Shown here piece after piece: positions 41,827 through 52,826 of a DNA stretch of 57,513 nucleotides. A model generated the notes under the pieces. It had not been told where the DNA came from. It did no database searches and saw only the letters and a list, made by a program, of their open reading frames with translations. A program made the position numbers and the translations under genes. Numbering within the stretch: position 1 is the first letter of the stretch; every line of letters starts with the position of its first letter. This DNA is from an uncultured Bacteriovorax sp. (GTDB lineage: Bacteria > Bdellovibrionota > UBA1018): positions 14,151 to 71,663 of the forward strand of contig CAZDSX010000006.1 of the NCBI GenBank assembly GCA_964508305.1, written 5' to 3'.

Positions 41827-44800
41827 TGGTTGCGAGCTCGCTCTCCAAGATCTTCCGGTCAGCCGCCTCGCTCCGCGAGCCCATGCGCATCTCTGGTGTT
41901 CGCGGCTCGGCCCGCTCCTGGTTCCTGCTCCGCCTCCAGGAAGAGGTCCGCGGAACCATCCTCATGCTCTGTCCGGACGACGACTCGGCTGCCGAGATGC
42001 TTTCGGATTATGAGTCCCTGCGCGGACTGGCTCCGGGACCAACGATCGATGGGCTGCACTTTCCACACTGGGAGCACAGCCTTTACTCCAGCGTCTCGCC
42101 CTCCATCAGGATCCGGCTCCAGCGTGCGCTAGTCCTTGGCCAGCTGGCGGACACCCCCGACACGCCGCGGATCATCTTTACCTCTCCTCCTGCTCTCGCT
42201 TCGCGCACCCCGCCGCCTGCGATGTTCTCTTCCGCCGCACTGAAGATCCGCCCGGGGCGTACGGACCTCCCCAGAGAGTCGCTCCTTCGATCGCTCGTGG
42301 ACGCTGGCTACCTTCGGGTCGAAACCGTTGAAGACCCCGGCACCGTCGCACTAAGAGGAGAGATCCTCGATGTCTATCCGGTGGGGGCCGAGCACCCCTT
42401 CCGTGTCGAATTCTTTGATGACGAGATTGAAAAAGTTCGGCCGTTTGACCCCACCTCCCAACGGACTGCGCCCGCACACTCGGGTGCGAACGGGATCACG
42501 GTTCTTCCATGCCGGGAGGTGCTGATCAACGCCTCGACCGCACCCCAAATCCGAGAAGCCCTCAAGCTCCATGCTGACGACGCAGGAATCCCGAGGACGG
42601 TGCGGGATCCCATCCTCTCGTCGCTGGCTCCGGGGGCCTATCCGGAACGCGCCGAGGCCTGGGCCCCGTTTGCCTTCCCGTCGCCAGCAAGTCTCGCCTC
42701 ATTTATCCCCTCCTCGGCGTGCTGGGTCATGTGGGACGACCTTGGGTGTGACCAGGCGTGGGATGAGTTCTGGCAAAAGGAGCGGCAGTCCCACTCCAGG
42801 CTCGTGGATAACCCGGACCTTGCCGGCAGCATCCTGCCCCCGCCTGAGCGAGCATACGACCCCGCGGGTCACTCCTCGCCCTCTCTGCATTTCGCCTACC
42901 GACTTCAAAAGGTGGCGCTCACTGATCTCGACGATCTGCCGACCATCGAGAGTGACGATGCGCCCGCAAGCCAGCATCGTGCGGGGATCCGCACCAACGA
43001 AGATCTATCCGCCGCCCCGGGCAAGTCCTCTCTGGAGCTGCTCTCTGAGAAGTTCGCCCTTTGGAAAAAACAGGGCTTCAGGGTGGTGGCTGACTCCGCA
43101 ACCCAGGGACAAGCCGAACGCCTGGCACACCTCCTGTCGGAGCGAGGGATTGCGGTCAAGACCTCCGGGGCGCCGGAGCCGGGCGTGATCCTCTGCAGGG
43201 AGTCGGCGCTCTCCTCGGGATTCCGCTGGCCCAGTGAGGGATGGGTCTTCCTCACCGAGGCCGAGGTCCTTGGGCGCGCAAAGTCCGGCGGCCGCTCCCG
43301 CGGCCGCACGAAGGCCCTCACTCGAAAACAGTCCGAAGCTTCAAATGCCGAGGACTGGGCCGGTCTCGATGCCCTCTCTGACTTGTCGCCGGGGGACTCG
43401 GTCGTGCACATCGATCACGGCGTCGGAAGATACCAGGGACTCGTACGGCTTGAGCTGTCCGGGGCGCCTGCCGACTTCCTCCTTTTGGAATACGCCAACA
43501 AGGACAAGCTTTACCTTCCGGTCTACCGGCTCAACGTCATCCAAAAGCACGGCGCACTGGGGGACTCCGTCACCCTAGACAAGCTCGGAGGCCAGCAGTT
43601 CCAGAAGACCAAGGAAAAGGTCCGCGACTCGGTTCGCAAGATGGCGATCGACCTCGTGAGCCTCTATGCCGAACGGACCATCCGAACGGGCTTCAAGTTC
43701 TCCACTCGCGACGCGGAGTTTGAGGAGTTTGAAGCGCGCTTTCCCTATGACGAGACCCCCGACCAGGCAAAGGCCATCGACGCCGTGCTCGACGACATGG
43801 CCGCGGGCAAGATCATGGACCGCCTGGTTTGTGGTGATGTTGGATACGGAAAAACAGAGGTCGCCATGCGCGCAGCCTTCCGCGCCGCCAGCGATGGAAA
43901 ACAGGTCGCCGTCCTGGTGCCCACGACGCTGCTTGCCCATCAACATGAGCAGTCCTTCCGAGCCCGCCTTGCCGGACTTCCCGTCAACATCGCCTCCCTC
44001 TCCCGCTTCAAGTCCGCCAAGGAGCAAAAAGAAACGCTCAAGTCGCTGCGCGAGGGAAAGGTCGACATCCTGATCGGCACGCATCGCCTGCTTTCCAGGG
44101 ACGTGGAGTTCAGGGACCTGGGACTGCTGATTGTCGACGAGGAGCAGCGCTTTGGCGTTGAACACAAGGAAAAGATCAAGAGCCTTAAGCTCAATGTGCC
44201 CGTGATCACGCTCACTGCAACGCCCATCCCCAGGACCCTCCACATGGCTCTCTCCGGACTTCGGGAAATCAGCCTGATCCGGACGCCTCCGGTGGACCGA
44301 CTTCCCATCCGTACCTTTGTCTCCAAACAGGATGATGCGCTGATCAAGAGGGCCGTGGATTTTGAGCTGAGCCGCGGCGGCCAGGTCTTCTACCTATACA
44401 ACCGCGTACAGTCGATCTACGAAGCCGCGTCCCACCTCCAGAAGCTCTGTCCGCAGGCCAGGGTCGTGGTCGGACATGGGCAGATGTCCGAGGGAGAGCT
44501 TGAGGCATCGATCCGGGATTTCTATGACAAGAAATCCAACGTCCTGGTCTGCACGAGCATCATCGAATCCGGGATCGACCTGCCGTCCGCAAATACCATC
44601 CTCATCAACCGCGCGGACACCTTCGGGCTCGCGCAACTCTACCAGATCCGCGGCCGCGTCGGCCGCGGCCAGCAACGCGGTTATGCCTACCTCATGATCC
44701 CTGCCGAGCAGTCGGTGAGCGAGGACGCCAAGAAGCGCCTGGATGTGCTTCAGCGTTTCGTCGAGCTGGGAAGCGGCTTCAGCGTGGCGTCGCACGACCT

Positions 44801-45410
44801 CGAAATCCGCGGGGGAGGGGACCTGCTGGGCCCGCAACAGTCGGGAAACATCCAGGCCGTGGGCTTTGAGATGTATCTTTCCCTGCTTGAGGAGGCTGTG
44901 CGGGAAATCCGGCTGCGGCCCGGCGAAGCGCGAGTCGAGCAGGCGCCCGAACCTGAGATCAAGGCCCCATTTCCGGCCTTCCTGCCTGAGGACTACGTAC
45001 CCGATGTCCACCAGCGGCTATCATTATACAGGAAGCTCTCCGCCTGCCGGAGCGACGAGGAGGTTGATTCGCTTGAGGAGGAGCTTCGGGATCGCTTTGG
45101 TCCTTTGCCGGCCGATGCCTCCAGCCTGCTCTGGCTGATCCGGGTCAAGGTGCACCTCAAGCGTCTGGGAATTGACGCCCTGACGGTGGGACCAGAGCGG
45201 ATCGTCGTTGTTCCCGGCAAGAAGAGTGCGCTGGACCCCACTCGGGCCATTGCCCTGGTCTCGGCACACCCCAAAAAGTACCAGCTTACTCCTGATTCCC
45301 GCTTTGTCGCCAGCCGCTCGGCCGGGTCGATGAAGGACCTGTACTTCACGATCCAGGACCTGCTCCATCACCTCCAGCCGGCGCAAGGCGTTGCCAACGC
45401 GCGTCGGTGA
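41826..45410 (+). CDS. mfd: transcription-repair coupling factor
   Basis: UvrB-like N-terminus, CarD-like RID (VVHIDHGVGRYQG), GDVGYGKTEV, DEEQRFG, TATPIPRTL, QIRGRVGR, TRG motif, C-terminal TRCF domain. Confidence 0.98.
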   Translation: MVASSLSKIFRSAASLREPMRISGVRGSARSWFLLRLQEEVRGTILMLCPDDDSAAEMLSDYESLRGLAPGPTIDGLHFPHWEHSLYSSVSPSIRIRLQRALVLGQLADTPDTPRIIFTSPPALASRTPPPAMFSSAALKIRPGRTDLPRESLLRSLVDAGYLRVETVEDPGTVALRGEILDVYPVGAEHPFRVEFFDDEIEKVRPFDPTSQRTAPAHSGANGITVLPCREVLINASTAPQIREALKLHADDAGIPRTVRDPILSSLAPGAYPERAEAWAPFAFPSPASLASFIPSSACWVMWDDLGCDQAWDEFWQKERQSHSRLVDNPDLAGSILPPPERAYDPAGHSSPSLHFAYRLQKVALTDLDDLPTIESDDAPASQHRAGIRTNEDLSAAPGKSSLELLSEKFALWKKQGFRVVADSATQGQAERLAHLLSERGIAVKTSGAPEPGVILCRESALSSGFRWPSEGWVFLTEAEVLGRAKSGGRSRGRTKALTRKQSEASNAEDWAGLDALSDLSPGDSVVHIDHGVGRYQGLVRLELSGAPADFLLLEYANKDKLYLPVYRLNVIQKHGALGDSVTLDKLGGQQFQKTKEKVRDSVRKMAIDLVSLYAERTIRTGFKFSTRDAEFEEFEARFPYDETPDQAKAIDAVLDDMAAGKIMDRLVCGDVGYGKTEVAMRAAFRAASDGKQVAVLVPTTLLAHQHEQSFRARLAGLPVNIASLSRFKSAKEQKETLKSLREGKVDILIGTHRLLSRDVEFRDLGLLIVDEEQRFGVEHKEKIKSLKLNVPVITLTATPIPRTLHMALSGLREISLIRTPPVDRLPIRTFVSKQDDALIKRAVDFELSRGGQVFYLYNRVQSIYEAASHLQKLCPQARVVVGHGQMSEGELEASIRDFYDKKSNVLVCTSIIESGIDLPSANTILINRADTFGLAQLYQIRGRVGRGQQRGYAYLMIPAEQSVSEDAKKRLDVLQRFVELGSGFSVASHDLEIRGGGDLLGPQQSGNIQAVGFEMYLSLLEEAVREIRLRPGEARVEQAPEPEIKAPFPAFLPEDYVPDVHQRLSLYRKLSACRSDEEVDSLEEELRDRFGPLPADASSLLWLIRVKVHLKRLGIDALTVGPERIVVVPGKKSALDPTRAIALVSAHPKKYQLTPDSRFVASRSAGSMKDLYFTIQDLLHHLQPAQGVANARR

Positions 45411-45425
45411 CGCTACCCTTTGGAT

Positions 45426-46250
45426 ATGAACAAAAGAATCCTCGCGCTTCTCTCGCTCACCACGATCGCCGTTTCAATCCCTTCGGCCCACGCCCAGACG
45501 GAGCTTGCCCGCGTCGGCAACACGACGATTTCGCTCGAGGAGTTCAACAAGCGCTACCAGGAGAACCTCAAGTTCTTCCAGTTCAAGTCCCCCACCAAGC
45601 AGGCTGTGCTCGATGACATCATCAAGCGCGAACTCGGGGTGATTGAAGCCAGGAAGCTGGGTCTCGACAAGGATCCTGCCGTCATTGACCGGATCAACAC
45701 CGTGCTTTACCAGGCCCTTCTCGACAAGCAGCTCGGCAAGACCCTCGAAGGGATCAGCGTCTCCGACAATGAGGCAAAGGACTACTACTCAAAGAACCCC
45801 GAAATCCGCACTTCACACATCTTTGTCGGCGTGCGCCCGGGGGCCACGACCCAACAGGTGCAGGCCGCAAAAGACAGGATCACCAAGATCCTCAAGGATG
45901 ACCTGAAGGGCGGGGCAAGCTTCTCCGAGGTTGCGCAGGCCAAGAGCGAGGGCCCGGCCGCCGCCATGGGTGGCGACATCGACTTCAAGACCCGTGATGC
46001 ACTCGACCCGGCCTACTACGAGGCCGCCGTCAAGCTGAAGAGCCCGGGCAAGGTGAGCGACGTGGTGCGCACCCCCTTTGGGTTCCACATCATCAAGCTG
46101 ACCGCCGTCCGCACCTGGGATGACGCAGATCAATCGCTTGCCAAGCGGCAGGTCTTTGAAACCAAGAGGGCCGCGCTTTTCGAGAAGTACATGTCGGGGC
46201 TCCGCGGCCAGTACAAGGTTTCGGTCAACTCCCAGCTGCTCAAGGAATAG
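45426..46250 (+). CDS. exported PpiC/parvulin-type peptidyl-prolyl isomerase
   Basis: Signal peptide, IRTSHIFV, FSEVAQAKSE, GGDIDF, VRTPFGFHIIKL. Confidence 0.9.
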   Translation: MNKRILALLSLTTIAVSIPSAHAQTELARVGNTTISLEEFNKRYQENLKFFQFKSPTKQAVLDDIIKRELGVIEARKLGLDKDPAVIDRINTVLYQALLDKQLGKTLEGISVSDNEAKDYYSKNPEIRTSHIFVGVRPGATTQQVQAAKDRITKILKDDLKGGASFSEVAQAKSEGPAAAMGGDIDFKTRDALDPAYYEAAVKLKSPGKVSDVVRTPFGFHIIKLTAVRTWDDADQSLAKRQVFETKRAALFEKYMSGLRGQYKVSVNSQLLKE

Positions 46251-46279
46251 TTCCCCGCCGCTCACGCGAACGGGTATCG

Positions 46280-46309
46280 GCGCCGCGGCAACCCCGCGGC
46301 GCTTTTTTT
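46280..46309 (+). terminator. intrinsic terminator
   Basis: GCGCCGCGG-caacc-CCGCGGCGC followed by T7. Confidence 0.85.
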
Positions 46310-46350
46310 ATGGCGTGGAAACAGCGCGATTCCTGTGAGAAAACGCCTTC

Positions 46351-47340
46351 ATGCGCGTTTATCCCGCTTTGCCCTCCGCCCTGGTCTGCAGCCTGATCAT
46401 CCTCGTCTCCAGTGATCTCGCCCTGGCGGCCCCCAGGCGGCTTGTGGATCGCCTGGAGGCCTCCGTCAACGCGGCACCCATCCTGCGCTCGGACATCCTG
46501 AAGGCCAAAAAACTGCTCCCTCTTCGTGCGCAGCTTGACCCTCTTTTTGCCGGCTCGGCGCTCGCCGAGAAGGGCGCCTCCGGGAGTGATGCCGACTGGG
46601 TTGAATCCCTGATCCAGGACAGGCTCATCCTCTCTGCCTTCCCCGTATCCGACGCCGAGGTGGAGCAGGAAATCCAGGCCATCCAGGCCTCTAACCGTAT
46701 TGATCGGAGCAAGCTCAAGGCGGCGCTACTGCAGCAGGGATTTGCGTTTGAGGATTATTTCGAGCTGATCCGCAGCAGCACCGCAAAGAGAAACCTGATT
46801 GACCGGGACATTCGCACCAAGGTCTCCGTCTCGGATGCCGAGGTGAAGGCTCTGTTTGAATCGAAGTTTGGATCCAAGACCGGTGGGGCTTTTTCCCATC
46901 AGGTTCGCCTCCTTGCACTCTCCCGCTCATCGTTCAAGACAGAGGCCGCCCTTCGAGAGACGGCAGCGCGCGCCCTTGCCGCACTGAAGTCAGGTGACTC
47001 CTTCCAAGAAGTGGTTGCCCGGTACGGCGATGAGTCGGCGCGCGAGTCTGGCGGAGATTTGGGCGCCCTCACCGAGGACCAGATGTCTCCGCCGATACGC
47101 GCGGCCATCAAGGGCCTTAAGCCGGGCGGCGTGAGCCCTGTTTTTGGCGACCCCAAGAGTCGGCTCATGATTGTTCAGCTGGTCAGCTCCTCGCAGGGCG
47201 AGGATCCTCGCTTTCAAAAGGCCAAGGACGAGCTTCGCAACCAGCTGGCGGCCTCCGAGTACCAGCACCAGATTCAGCTCTGGATTGCGCGCCAACGGCA
47301 GATCGCTTTCATTCATCTTGCCCCGGGAGCCGCGCAGTAG
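46351..47340 (+). CDS. surA: SurA-like periplasmic chaperone/PPIase
   Basis: Signal peptide, VDRLEASVN..PILRSDI N-domain, one parvulin domain (GGDLG); adjacent to pdxA. Confidence 0.8.
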   Translation: MRVYPALPSALVCSLIILVSSDLALAAPRRLVDRLEASVNAAPILRSDILKAKKLLPLRAQLDPLFAGSALAEKGASGSDADWVESLIQDRLILSAFPVSDAEVEQEIQAIQASNRIDRSKLKAALLQQGFAFEDYFELIRSSTAKRNLIDRDIRTKVSVSDAEVKALFESKFGSKTGGAFSHQVRLLALSRSSFKTEAALRETAARALAALKSGDSFQEVVARYGDESARESGGDLGALTEDQMSPPIRAAIKGLKPGGVSPVFGDPKSRLMIVQLVSSSQGEDPRFQKAKDELRNQLAASEYQHQIQLWIARQRQIAFIHLAPGAAQ

Positions 47341-47355
47341 CGTACGCCTGACAAA

Positions 47356-48402
47356 ATGATCCTGGCTGTCACCCCTGGCGACCCTTCTGGCATTGGTCCC
47401 GAGATCCTCGTCAAATTGCTCCGGCGCCGGCGAACTCCGCCCGGCGCCACGCTCCTTTGTTTTGGTGCGGTAGCTCCCTTCCGTCGACTGGGCATTCGCA
47501 TCGTTGAGGTCGCCGACCCTGCGAAAGTCCGCTCGCTTCCGCGTCTTCGGGGCAGGGCCCTCTATTTCGTGGCAGCCCCAACGAGCCTGCCCAAGGGGCG
47601 GACCCAAAGCCCGGCTGCTCTTGCCGGGTACCAGTCCGGATGGGCCGTGGCCACGGCGACGCGCGCCGTCCTGGACGGACATGCTGACGCAATCGTGACC
47701 GGACCGATCAGCAAGGAAAGGCTCAACCTGGGCGGATTCCCCTATCCGGGACATACCGAATTCATCGCCTCCCTCTGCGGCGAGTGGAGCCGAAAAAAAG
47801 GGCCAATTCCCGTTACAATGATGCTGGCCAACCGTGACCTTCGAGTGGCGCTGGTCACGACCCACCTCCCTCTCGCCCGGGTCCCTGGAGCCCTCACGGT
47901 CGCTGCGATAACTCGGGCAACCCAACACACGGCTTCATCGCTGCGTGACTGGTGGGGCCTTCGCCGCCCAAGGATTGCCGTATGTGCCCTGAACCCCCAC
48001 GCGGGAGAGGGCGGGCTCCTGGGAGATGAGGAGCAGCGAGTCATCGCTCCGGCCATCCGGGCGATGAGGCGGACCTTGGGCAAGGACGTCGAACTTTCCG
48101 GGCCACACCCGGCTGACACGCTTTTTGCGCAAAACCACCTCAAAACCCGAACTCTGCGCTATGATGCGGTCGTCTGCATGTATCATGACCAGGGCTTGAT
48201 TCCGGTCAAGCTCCTCGACTTTCCGGGAACCGTGAATCTCTCTCTGGGGCTTCCCCTCATCCGAACCTCCGTGGACCACGGGGTGGCGTTTGATCTGGTG
48301 GGCACGGGGCGGGCAGACCCAACCAGCCTGGAAGAGGCGCTGCTTCTGGCCAGGCGGCTGGTCCTTCAGAAGTTGAGCCGCGCAAACCGCAAGGAATCAT
48401 AA
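47356..48402 (+). CDS. pdxA: 4-hydroxythreonine-4-phosphate dehydrogenase
   Basis: TPGDPSGIGPE, GHTE, LNPHAGE, MYHDQGLIPVK, RTSVDHG. Confidence 0.96.
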   Translation: MILAVTPGDPSGIGPEILVKLLRRRRTPPGATLLCFGAVAPFRRLGIRIVEVADPAKVRSLPRLRGRALYFVAAPTSLPKGRTQSPAALAGYQSGWAVATATRAVLDGHADAIVTGPISKERLNLGGFPYPGHTEFIASLCGEWSRKKGPIPVTMMLANRDLRVALVTTHLPLARVPGALTVAAITRATQHTASSLRDWWGLRRPRIAVCALNPHAGEGGLLGDEEQRVIAPAIRAMRRTLGKDVELSGPHPADTLFAQNHLKTRTLRYDAVVCMYHDQGLIPVKLLDFPGTVNLSLGLPLIRTSVDHGVAFDLVGTGRADPTSLEEALLLARRLVLQKLSRANRKES

Positions 48403-48414
48403 GGAGTCGTCTCA

Positions 48415-49848
48415 GTGAAGCTTTCTCCCGTTCAGTTCAATCCAAGCATCTTCAGGGAGTATGATGTCCGCGGAATAGCCGAAAGGGATCTTTCCGTCCT
48501 TCTCGCCGAGCGCCTGGGTTACGCCTACGCCCGACTTCTTGAGGAACGCACAGGAAAGCCCCTCACTTCAACGACCGTATCGGTGGGTCGTGACTGCAGG
48601 CTCACGAGCGACGCGTACGCCTCCGCCCTCATCCGTGCCCTGAGCTCCTGTGGAATCAAGGTCCTCGACCTTGGTACATGTCCCACCCCGGTGACTTATT
48701 TCAGCATCTTTCATAAAAGCCTCGATGGCGGAATCATGGTCACCGGCTCGCATAATCCCGCCAACTACAACGGCTTCAAGATCGGCATCGGAAAGGCCAC
48801 GCTGCACGGACAGGACATCCAGCTGCTGCGAAAGATGATCGACGAGGCTCTGCGACCCGCCGAACAGGCCGGCTCGGTCGAGCCATACGCCGTCATCCCG
48901 GATTACGTTGCGCACCTGGCGCAAAACGCCCGAAGCCTCCGCCCACTCAAGATCGTCCTGGACGCCGGCAATGGCACCGCCAGCACCGTGGCCCCCGTAC
49001 TTTTTGAGCGGCTGGGTGCCCACGTGACCGCTCTTTACTGCGAGCTTGACGGCCGCTTCCCCAATCACCACCCGGACCCGACCGTGCCGGAGAATCTCCG
49101 CGCTCTCGTCGCCAAGGTCCTTGAGGTGGGGGCGGACTTTGGCGTCGCCTTTGATGGGGACTCGGACCGAATCGGCCTCGTGGACGAGAAGGGGAGGATC
49201 ATCTACGGAGATGAGCTCATGGTCCTGCTGTCGCGCGATCTGCTGAGGGAGCGTCCCGGGGCGACCATCATTTCCGAGGTCAAGTCGAGCCATCGACTCT
49301 ACCAGGACATTGCACGGCATGGCGGAAAGCCGATCATGTGGAAGACGGGTCACTCCCTGATCAAATCCAAGATGAAGGAAAGCGGCGCCCTTCTCGCCGG
49401 GGAAATGTCGGGACACATCTTTTTTGCGGACCGGTACTTTGGCTACGACGACGCGATCTATGCCGCCCTCAGGGTCTTCGAAATCGCTTCTTCCGCCGGG
49501 GGTCCTGTCTCGTCACTCCTCGCCGACCTTCCTCCCAGTGTCTCCACGCCGGAGATCCGGGTGGACTGCGAAGAGGAGAAGAAGTTTGCGCTCGTCCAGG
49601 CCGCCAAGGACCTGCTCTCACCGGGCCGAAAGACCACCGACATCGACGGAGTGCGCGTGGACTTTGGAGACGGATGGGGCCTCATTCGCGCCTCCAGCAC
49701 ACAACCCGTCCTCGTGTTGCGGTTCGAGGCCCCCTCAAGCCAGAGGCTCGAGGAGATCCGAGGCATTTTCCTGTCCGCACTGGCACGCGCAGCCCAGAGT
49801 GTCGGTCATGGCCCGATCGACCTCGCCTCCAGTTCCGACCATGGATGA
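48415..49848 (+). CDS. phosphomannomutase/phosphoglucomutase (AlgC type)
   Basis: [14 protein letters not shown] phosphoserine loop, FDGDSDR metal loop, GEMSGH, RASSTQP. Confidence 0.95.
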   Translation: MKLSPVQFNPSIFREYDVRGIAERDLSVLLAERLGYAYARLLEERTGKPLTSTTVSVGRDCRLTSDAYASALIRALSSCGIKVLDLGTCPTPVTYFSIFHKSLDGGIMVTGSHNPANYNGFKIGIGKATLHGQDIQLLRKMIDEALRPAEQAGSVEPYAVIPDYVAHLAQNARSLRPLKIVLDAGNGTASTVAPVLFERLGAHVTALYCELDGRFPNHHPDPTVPENLRALVAKVLEVGADFGVAFDGDSDRIGLVDEKGRIIYGDELMVLLSRDLLRERPGATIISEVKSSHRLYQDIARHGGKPIMWKTGHSLIKSKMKESGALLAGEMSGHIFFADRYFGYDDAIYAALRVFEIASSAGGPVSSLLADLPPSVSTPEIRVDCEEEKKFALVQAAKDLLSPGRKTTDIDGVRVDFGDGWGLIRASSTQPVLVLRFEAPSSQRLEEIRGIFLSALARAAQSVGHGPIDLASSSDHG

Positions 49849-52423
49849 CCAGTCCATCGTGGTTCGTGGGGCACGCGCCCACAACCTCAAGAACATCTCT
49901 GTCACGCTTCCGCGGGACGCCCTGGTCGTACTGACGGGACCTTCGGGATCCGGAAAATCCTCCCTTGCCTTCGATACGATCTATGCCGAAGGTCAGCGTC
50001 GCTACGTCGAGAGCCTTTCTGCCTACGCACGCCAGTTCCTCGAGCAACTGGGCAAGCCTGATGTGGATTTCATTGGTGGGCTAAGCCCCACCATCTCCAT
50101 CGAGCAGCGCACGACGAGCTACAACCCCCGTTCGACCGTGGGCACCGTCACGGAGATCAACGACTATCTCCGACTCCTCTACTCACGGATCGCCAAGCCC
50201 TTTTGCTATGGCTGCGGCAATCCCATCCACTCCCAATCGCCGCAACAGATCACGGATCGGCTCCTCGCTTCGCCCGAAGGCGCGAGGATTGCGGTTCTTG
50301 CTCCCGTCGTGCGCGGAAGGAAGGGTGAGTACCAAAAAGAACTCCTCCAGCTCCGGCAGCGCGGCTTTGTCAGGGTCAAGATCGACGGGGAGGTCCTTGA
50401 TCTCTCCCAGGAGATCTCCCTCGATAAAAAGAAAAAGCACGACATCTCCGTCTACGTCGACCGCGTGGTGATCAAGGGGGACCGGTCGGCGCTGGCACCA
50501 CGAATCAGCGAGACCGTCGAGCTCGCGCTCAAGTTGGGCGAGGGAATGCTGATCATCGAGTCCCAATCGGATTCAGGAAGCGAAGAGTCCCTCCTTTCGG
50601 AAAAGTTTGCCTGCAGCGACTGCGGGATCAGCTACCCCTACCCTGAGCCGCGGACGTTTTCCTTCAACAGCCCGATGGGCGCCTGCCCGACCTGCGACGG
50701 CCTCGGAAGCGACCCTGCCGACCTTGGAGAGCCCGAGGAGTCTGATGACTCGGATGGCCCCGGTGACACGCCTACTCCAGTGCGCTCCCGGGAGCGCCGC
50801 TCCTGTCCCGACTGCCTGGGCGCCAGGCTCCGAAAGGAAAGCCTGCACTTTAAATTTCTAGACATGAACATCGCCGAGCTGGGTCGCCTCTCGCTCGAGG
50901 AGCTCTCCAGGTTTTTCTCCAAGCCCGCCATCTCCCCGCGTGATGAGCTCATTGCAGGAAGGATCATCAAGGAGATCCGGGAGCGCCTTGCCTTCCTCGA
51001 TGCGGTTGGGGTGGGGTACCTCTCGCTGGCTCGCTCTGCACAGTCCCTCTCAGGCGGTGAGGCGCAGCGAATTCGCCTGGCAACCCAGATCGGGAGCTCG
51101 CTGGTGGGAGTCATCTATGTTCTGGATGAACCCAGTATCGGCTTGCACCAGCGGGACAATGAGCGCTTGATCGGGACTCTCGAGCGACTCAGGGATCTTG
51201 GAAACACCGTTCTCGTGGTGGAGCACGATCGCGACACCATGGAGAGGGCGGATTTTCTCGTGGACCTGGGCCCCGGGGCCGGCAAGGGCGGGGGAGAGGT
51301 GGTCGCAGCCGGGAGGCCCGCCGAGGTTGCGGCATCGCCAGGGAGTCCGACTGGAAGATACCTGCTTGGCAGGGACTCCATCCCCTTGCCTGCAAAGAGG
51401 CGCGTGGCGGACCCGAAAAGAAGGATCCGCCTCGAGAAGGCATCGCTGAATAATCTCAAGAACGTCTCCGTTGAGGTGCCCCTCGGCCTGCTCACCTGTG
51501 TGACCGGCGTTTCGGGCAGCGGCAAGAGCTCGCTCATTCTCGACACGCTTTATCCTGCGCTCCTCAAGCACCTCTACAAGCTGGAGGTGGGGCCGCTTGC
51601 TGCCTCCAAGATCGTGGGGCTCGAGCTTGTGGACAAGGTGATCGATATCGACCAAAGCCCGATCGGCAAGACGCCTCGTTCAAATCCGGCAACCTACACG
51701 GGGCTCTTTGGCCTCATTCGCGATCTCTTTGCCTCGCTGCCCGAGAGCCTGGTGCGGGGGTTCGGGCCGGGGCGCTACTCCTTCAACGTTAAGGGTGGGC
51801 GCTGCGATGCCTGTGAAGGGGACGGCGTCACTCGCATTGAAATGCACTTTTTGCCGGATGTCTTTGTCCGTTGCACGACTTGCGAAGGGCGCCGCTACAA
51901 CCGCGAGACACTGGAAATCCGATACCGTGAGAAGACCATCGCCGATGTCCTGGAGATGAACATCACGGAGGCTCTCGCGTTTTTTGATTCGATCCACACG
52001 ATCAAGGGCAAGCTCCAGGTCCTTCATGACGTGGGACTGGGCTACCTTCAGCTCGGCCAGAGCGCCACCACCTTGTCCGGCGGTGAGGCCCAGCGAATCA
52101 AGCTCGCCCGGGAGCTCTCGCGACGCGGCACCGGGAAGACCGTCTACATCCTGGATGAGCCCTCGACAGGCCTCCACTTTGCGGATGTAAAAAAGCTCCT
52201 GGCGATCCTCCAGTCCCTGGTCGACCAGGGAAACACCGTCATCGTGATCGAGCACAACATGGACATCATCAAGGTTGCCGACCACCTGATTGACATGGGT
52301 CCCGAGGGTGGGGCCGGCGGAGGCCGGGTGCTCGCCGTCGGCACCCCAGAGGACATCGCGGCGGTCAAGGAGAGCCACACGGGCCGTTTTCTTGCGCCCT
52401 ACCTCAAGCGGGGTAGAAAATAG
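49841..52423 (+). CDS. uvrA: excinuclease ABC subunit A (insertion domain apparently deleted)
   Basis: [18 protein letters not shown], UvrB-binding domain, Zn motifs, two LSGGEAQR signatures, GVSGSGKSS; start at MDDQSIVV; 860 aa. Confidence 0.97.
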   Translation: MDDQSIVVRGARAHNLKNISVTLPRDALVVLTGPSGSGKSSLAFDTIYAEGQRRYVESLSAYARQFLEQLGKPDVDFIGGLSPTISIEQRTTSYNPRSTVGTVTEINDYLRLLYSRIAKPFCYGCGNPIHSQSPQQITDRLLASPEGARIAVLAPVVRGRKGEYQKELLQLRQRGFVRVKIDGEVLDLSQEISLDKKKKHDISVYVDRVVIKGDRSALAPRISETVELALKLGEGMLIIESQSDSGSEESLLSEKFACSDCGISYPYPEPRTFSFNSPMGACPTCDGLGSDPADLGEPEESDDSDGPGDTPTPVRSRERRSCPDCLGARLRKESLHFKFLDMNIAELGRLSLEELSRFFSKPAISPRDELIAGRIIKEIRERLAFLDAVGVGYLSLARSAQSLSGGEAQRIRLATQIGSSLVGVIYVLDEPSIGLHQRDNERLIGTLERLRDLGNTVLVVEHDRDTMERADFLVDLGPGAGKGGGEVVAAGRPAEVAASPGSPTGRYLLGRDSIPLPAKRRVADPKRRIRLEKASLNNLKNVSVEVPLGLLTCVTGVSGSGKSSLILDTLYPALLKHLYKLEVGPLAASKIVGLELVDKVIDIDQSPIGKTPRSNPATYTGLFGLIRDLFASLPESLVRGFGPGRYSFNVKGGRCDACEGDGVTRIEMHFLPDVFVRCTTCEGRRYNRETLEIRYREKTIADVLEMNITEALAFFDSIHTIKGKLQVLHDVGLGYLQLGQSATTLSGGEAQRIKLARELSRRGTGKTVYILDEPSTGLHFADVKKLLAILQSLVDQGNTVIVIEHNMDIIKVADHLIDMGPEGGAGGGRVLAVGTPEDIAAVKESHTGRFLAPYLKRGRK

Positions 52424-52461
52424 GAAAGCCGCCCGGCCCGGTCAAGGGCGAGGCGGCTTCC
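52424..52461 (-). terminator. hairpin terminator between convergent uvrA and atpE (U-tract on the atpE side)
   Basis: AAGCCGCC...GGCGGCTT stem with inner GCCC/GGGC; the minus strand continues TTTCCTATTTTC. Confidence 0.7.
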
Positions 52462-52486
52462 GCTCAAACAGCGCTATCAGATCCGA

Positions 52487-52801
52487 TTAGATCTTGATCT
52501 TCACGAATGCGATGACGAACGCGTACAGGACGAGCGATTCGATCAGCGCGAGGCCGATGATCATCGGAACGAAGATCTTGCCCTGGGCAGCCGGGTTGCG
52601 GGCGATGCCTTCGAGGGCTGCCGTTGCCGTACGGCCCTGGCCGATGGCTCCGCCGAATGCTGCGATGCCGATAGCGAGTGCCGCGCTGAGCGAAGCATAC
52701 GGATCGGTTGCGGTCACGGCTGCTGCGCCTTCGTTGGCGAAAGCCTGCACGCCGAAGAGGATCAGGAGGGAGAATGCCATCATCAAAGTCTTACGAATCA
52801 T
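52487..52801 (-). CDS. atpE: F0F1 ATP synthase subunit c with N-terminal signal-like extension
   Basis: GGAIGQG, ARNP loop, LALIESLVLY; AAAGGA SD before ATG 52801. Confidence 0.96.
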   Translation of the reverse strand: MIRKTLMMAFSLLILFGVQAFANEGAAAVTATDPYASLSAALAIGIAAFGGAIGQGRTATAALEGIARNPAAQGKIFVPMIIGLALIESLVLYAFVIAFVKIKI

Positions 52802-52826
52802 TTTAGGTTCCTTTCTTACTTTCAAC

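Noticed and set aside
49424-49840. N-terminal 139-aa extension of UvrA in the ORF track
   Set aside because: It overlaps the PMM gene in another frame; UvrA homology begins at ATG 49841.
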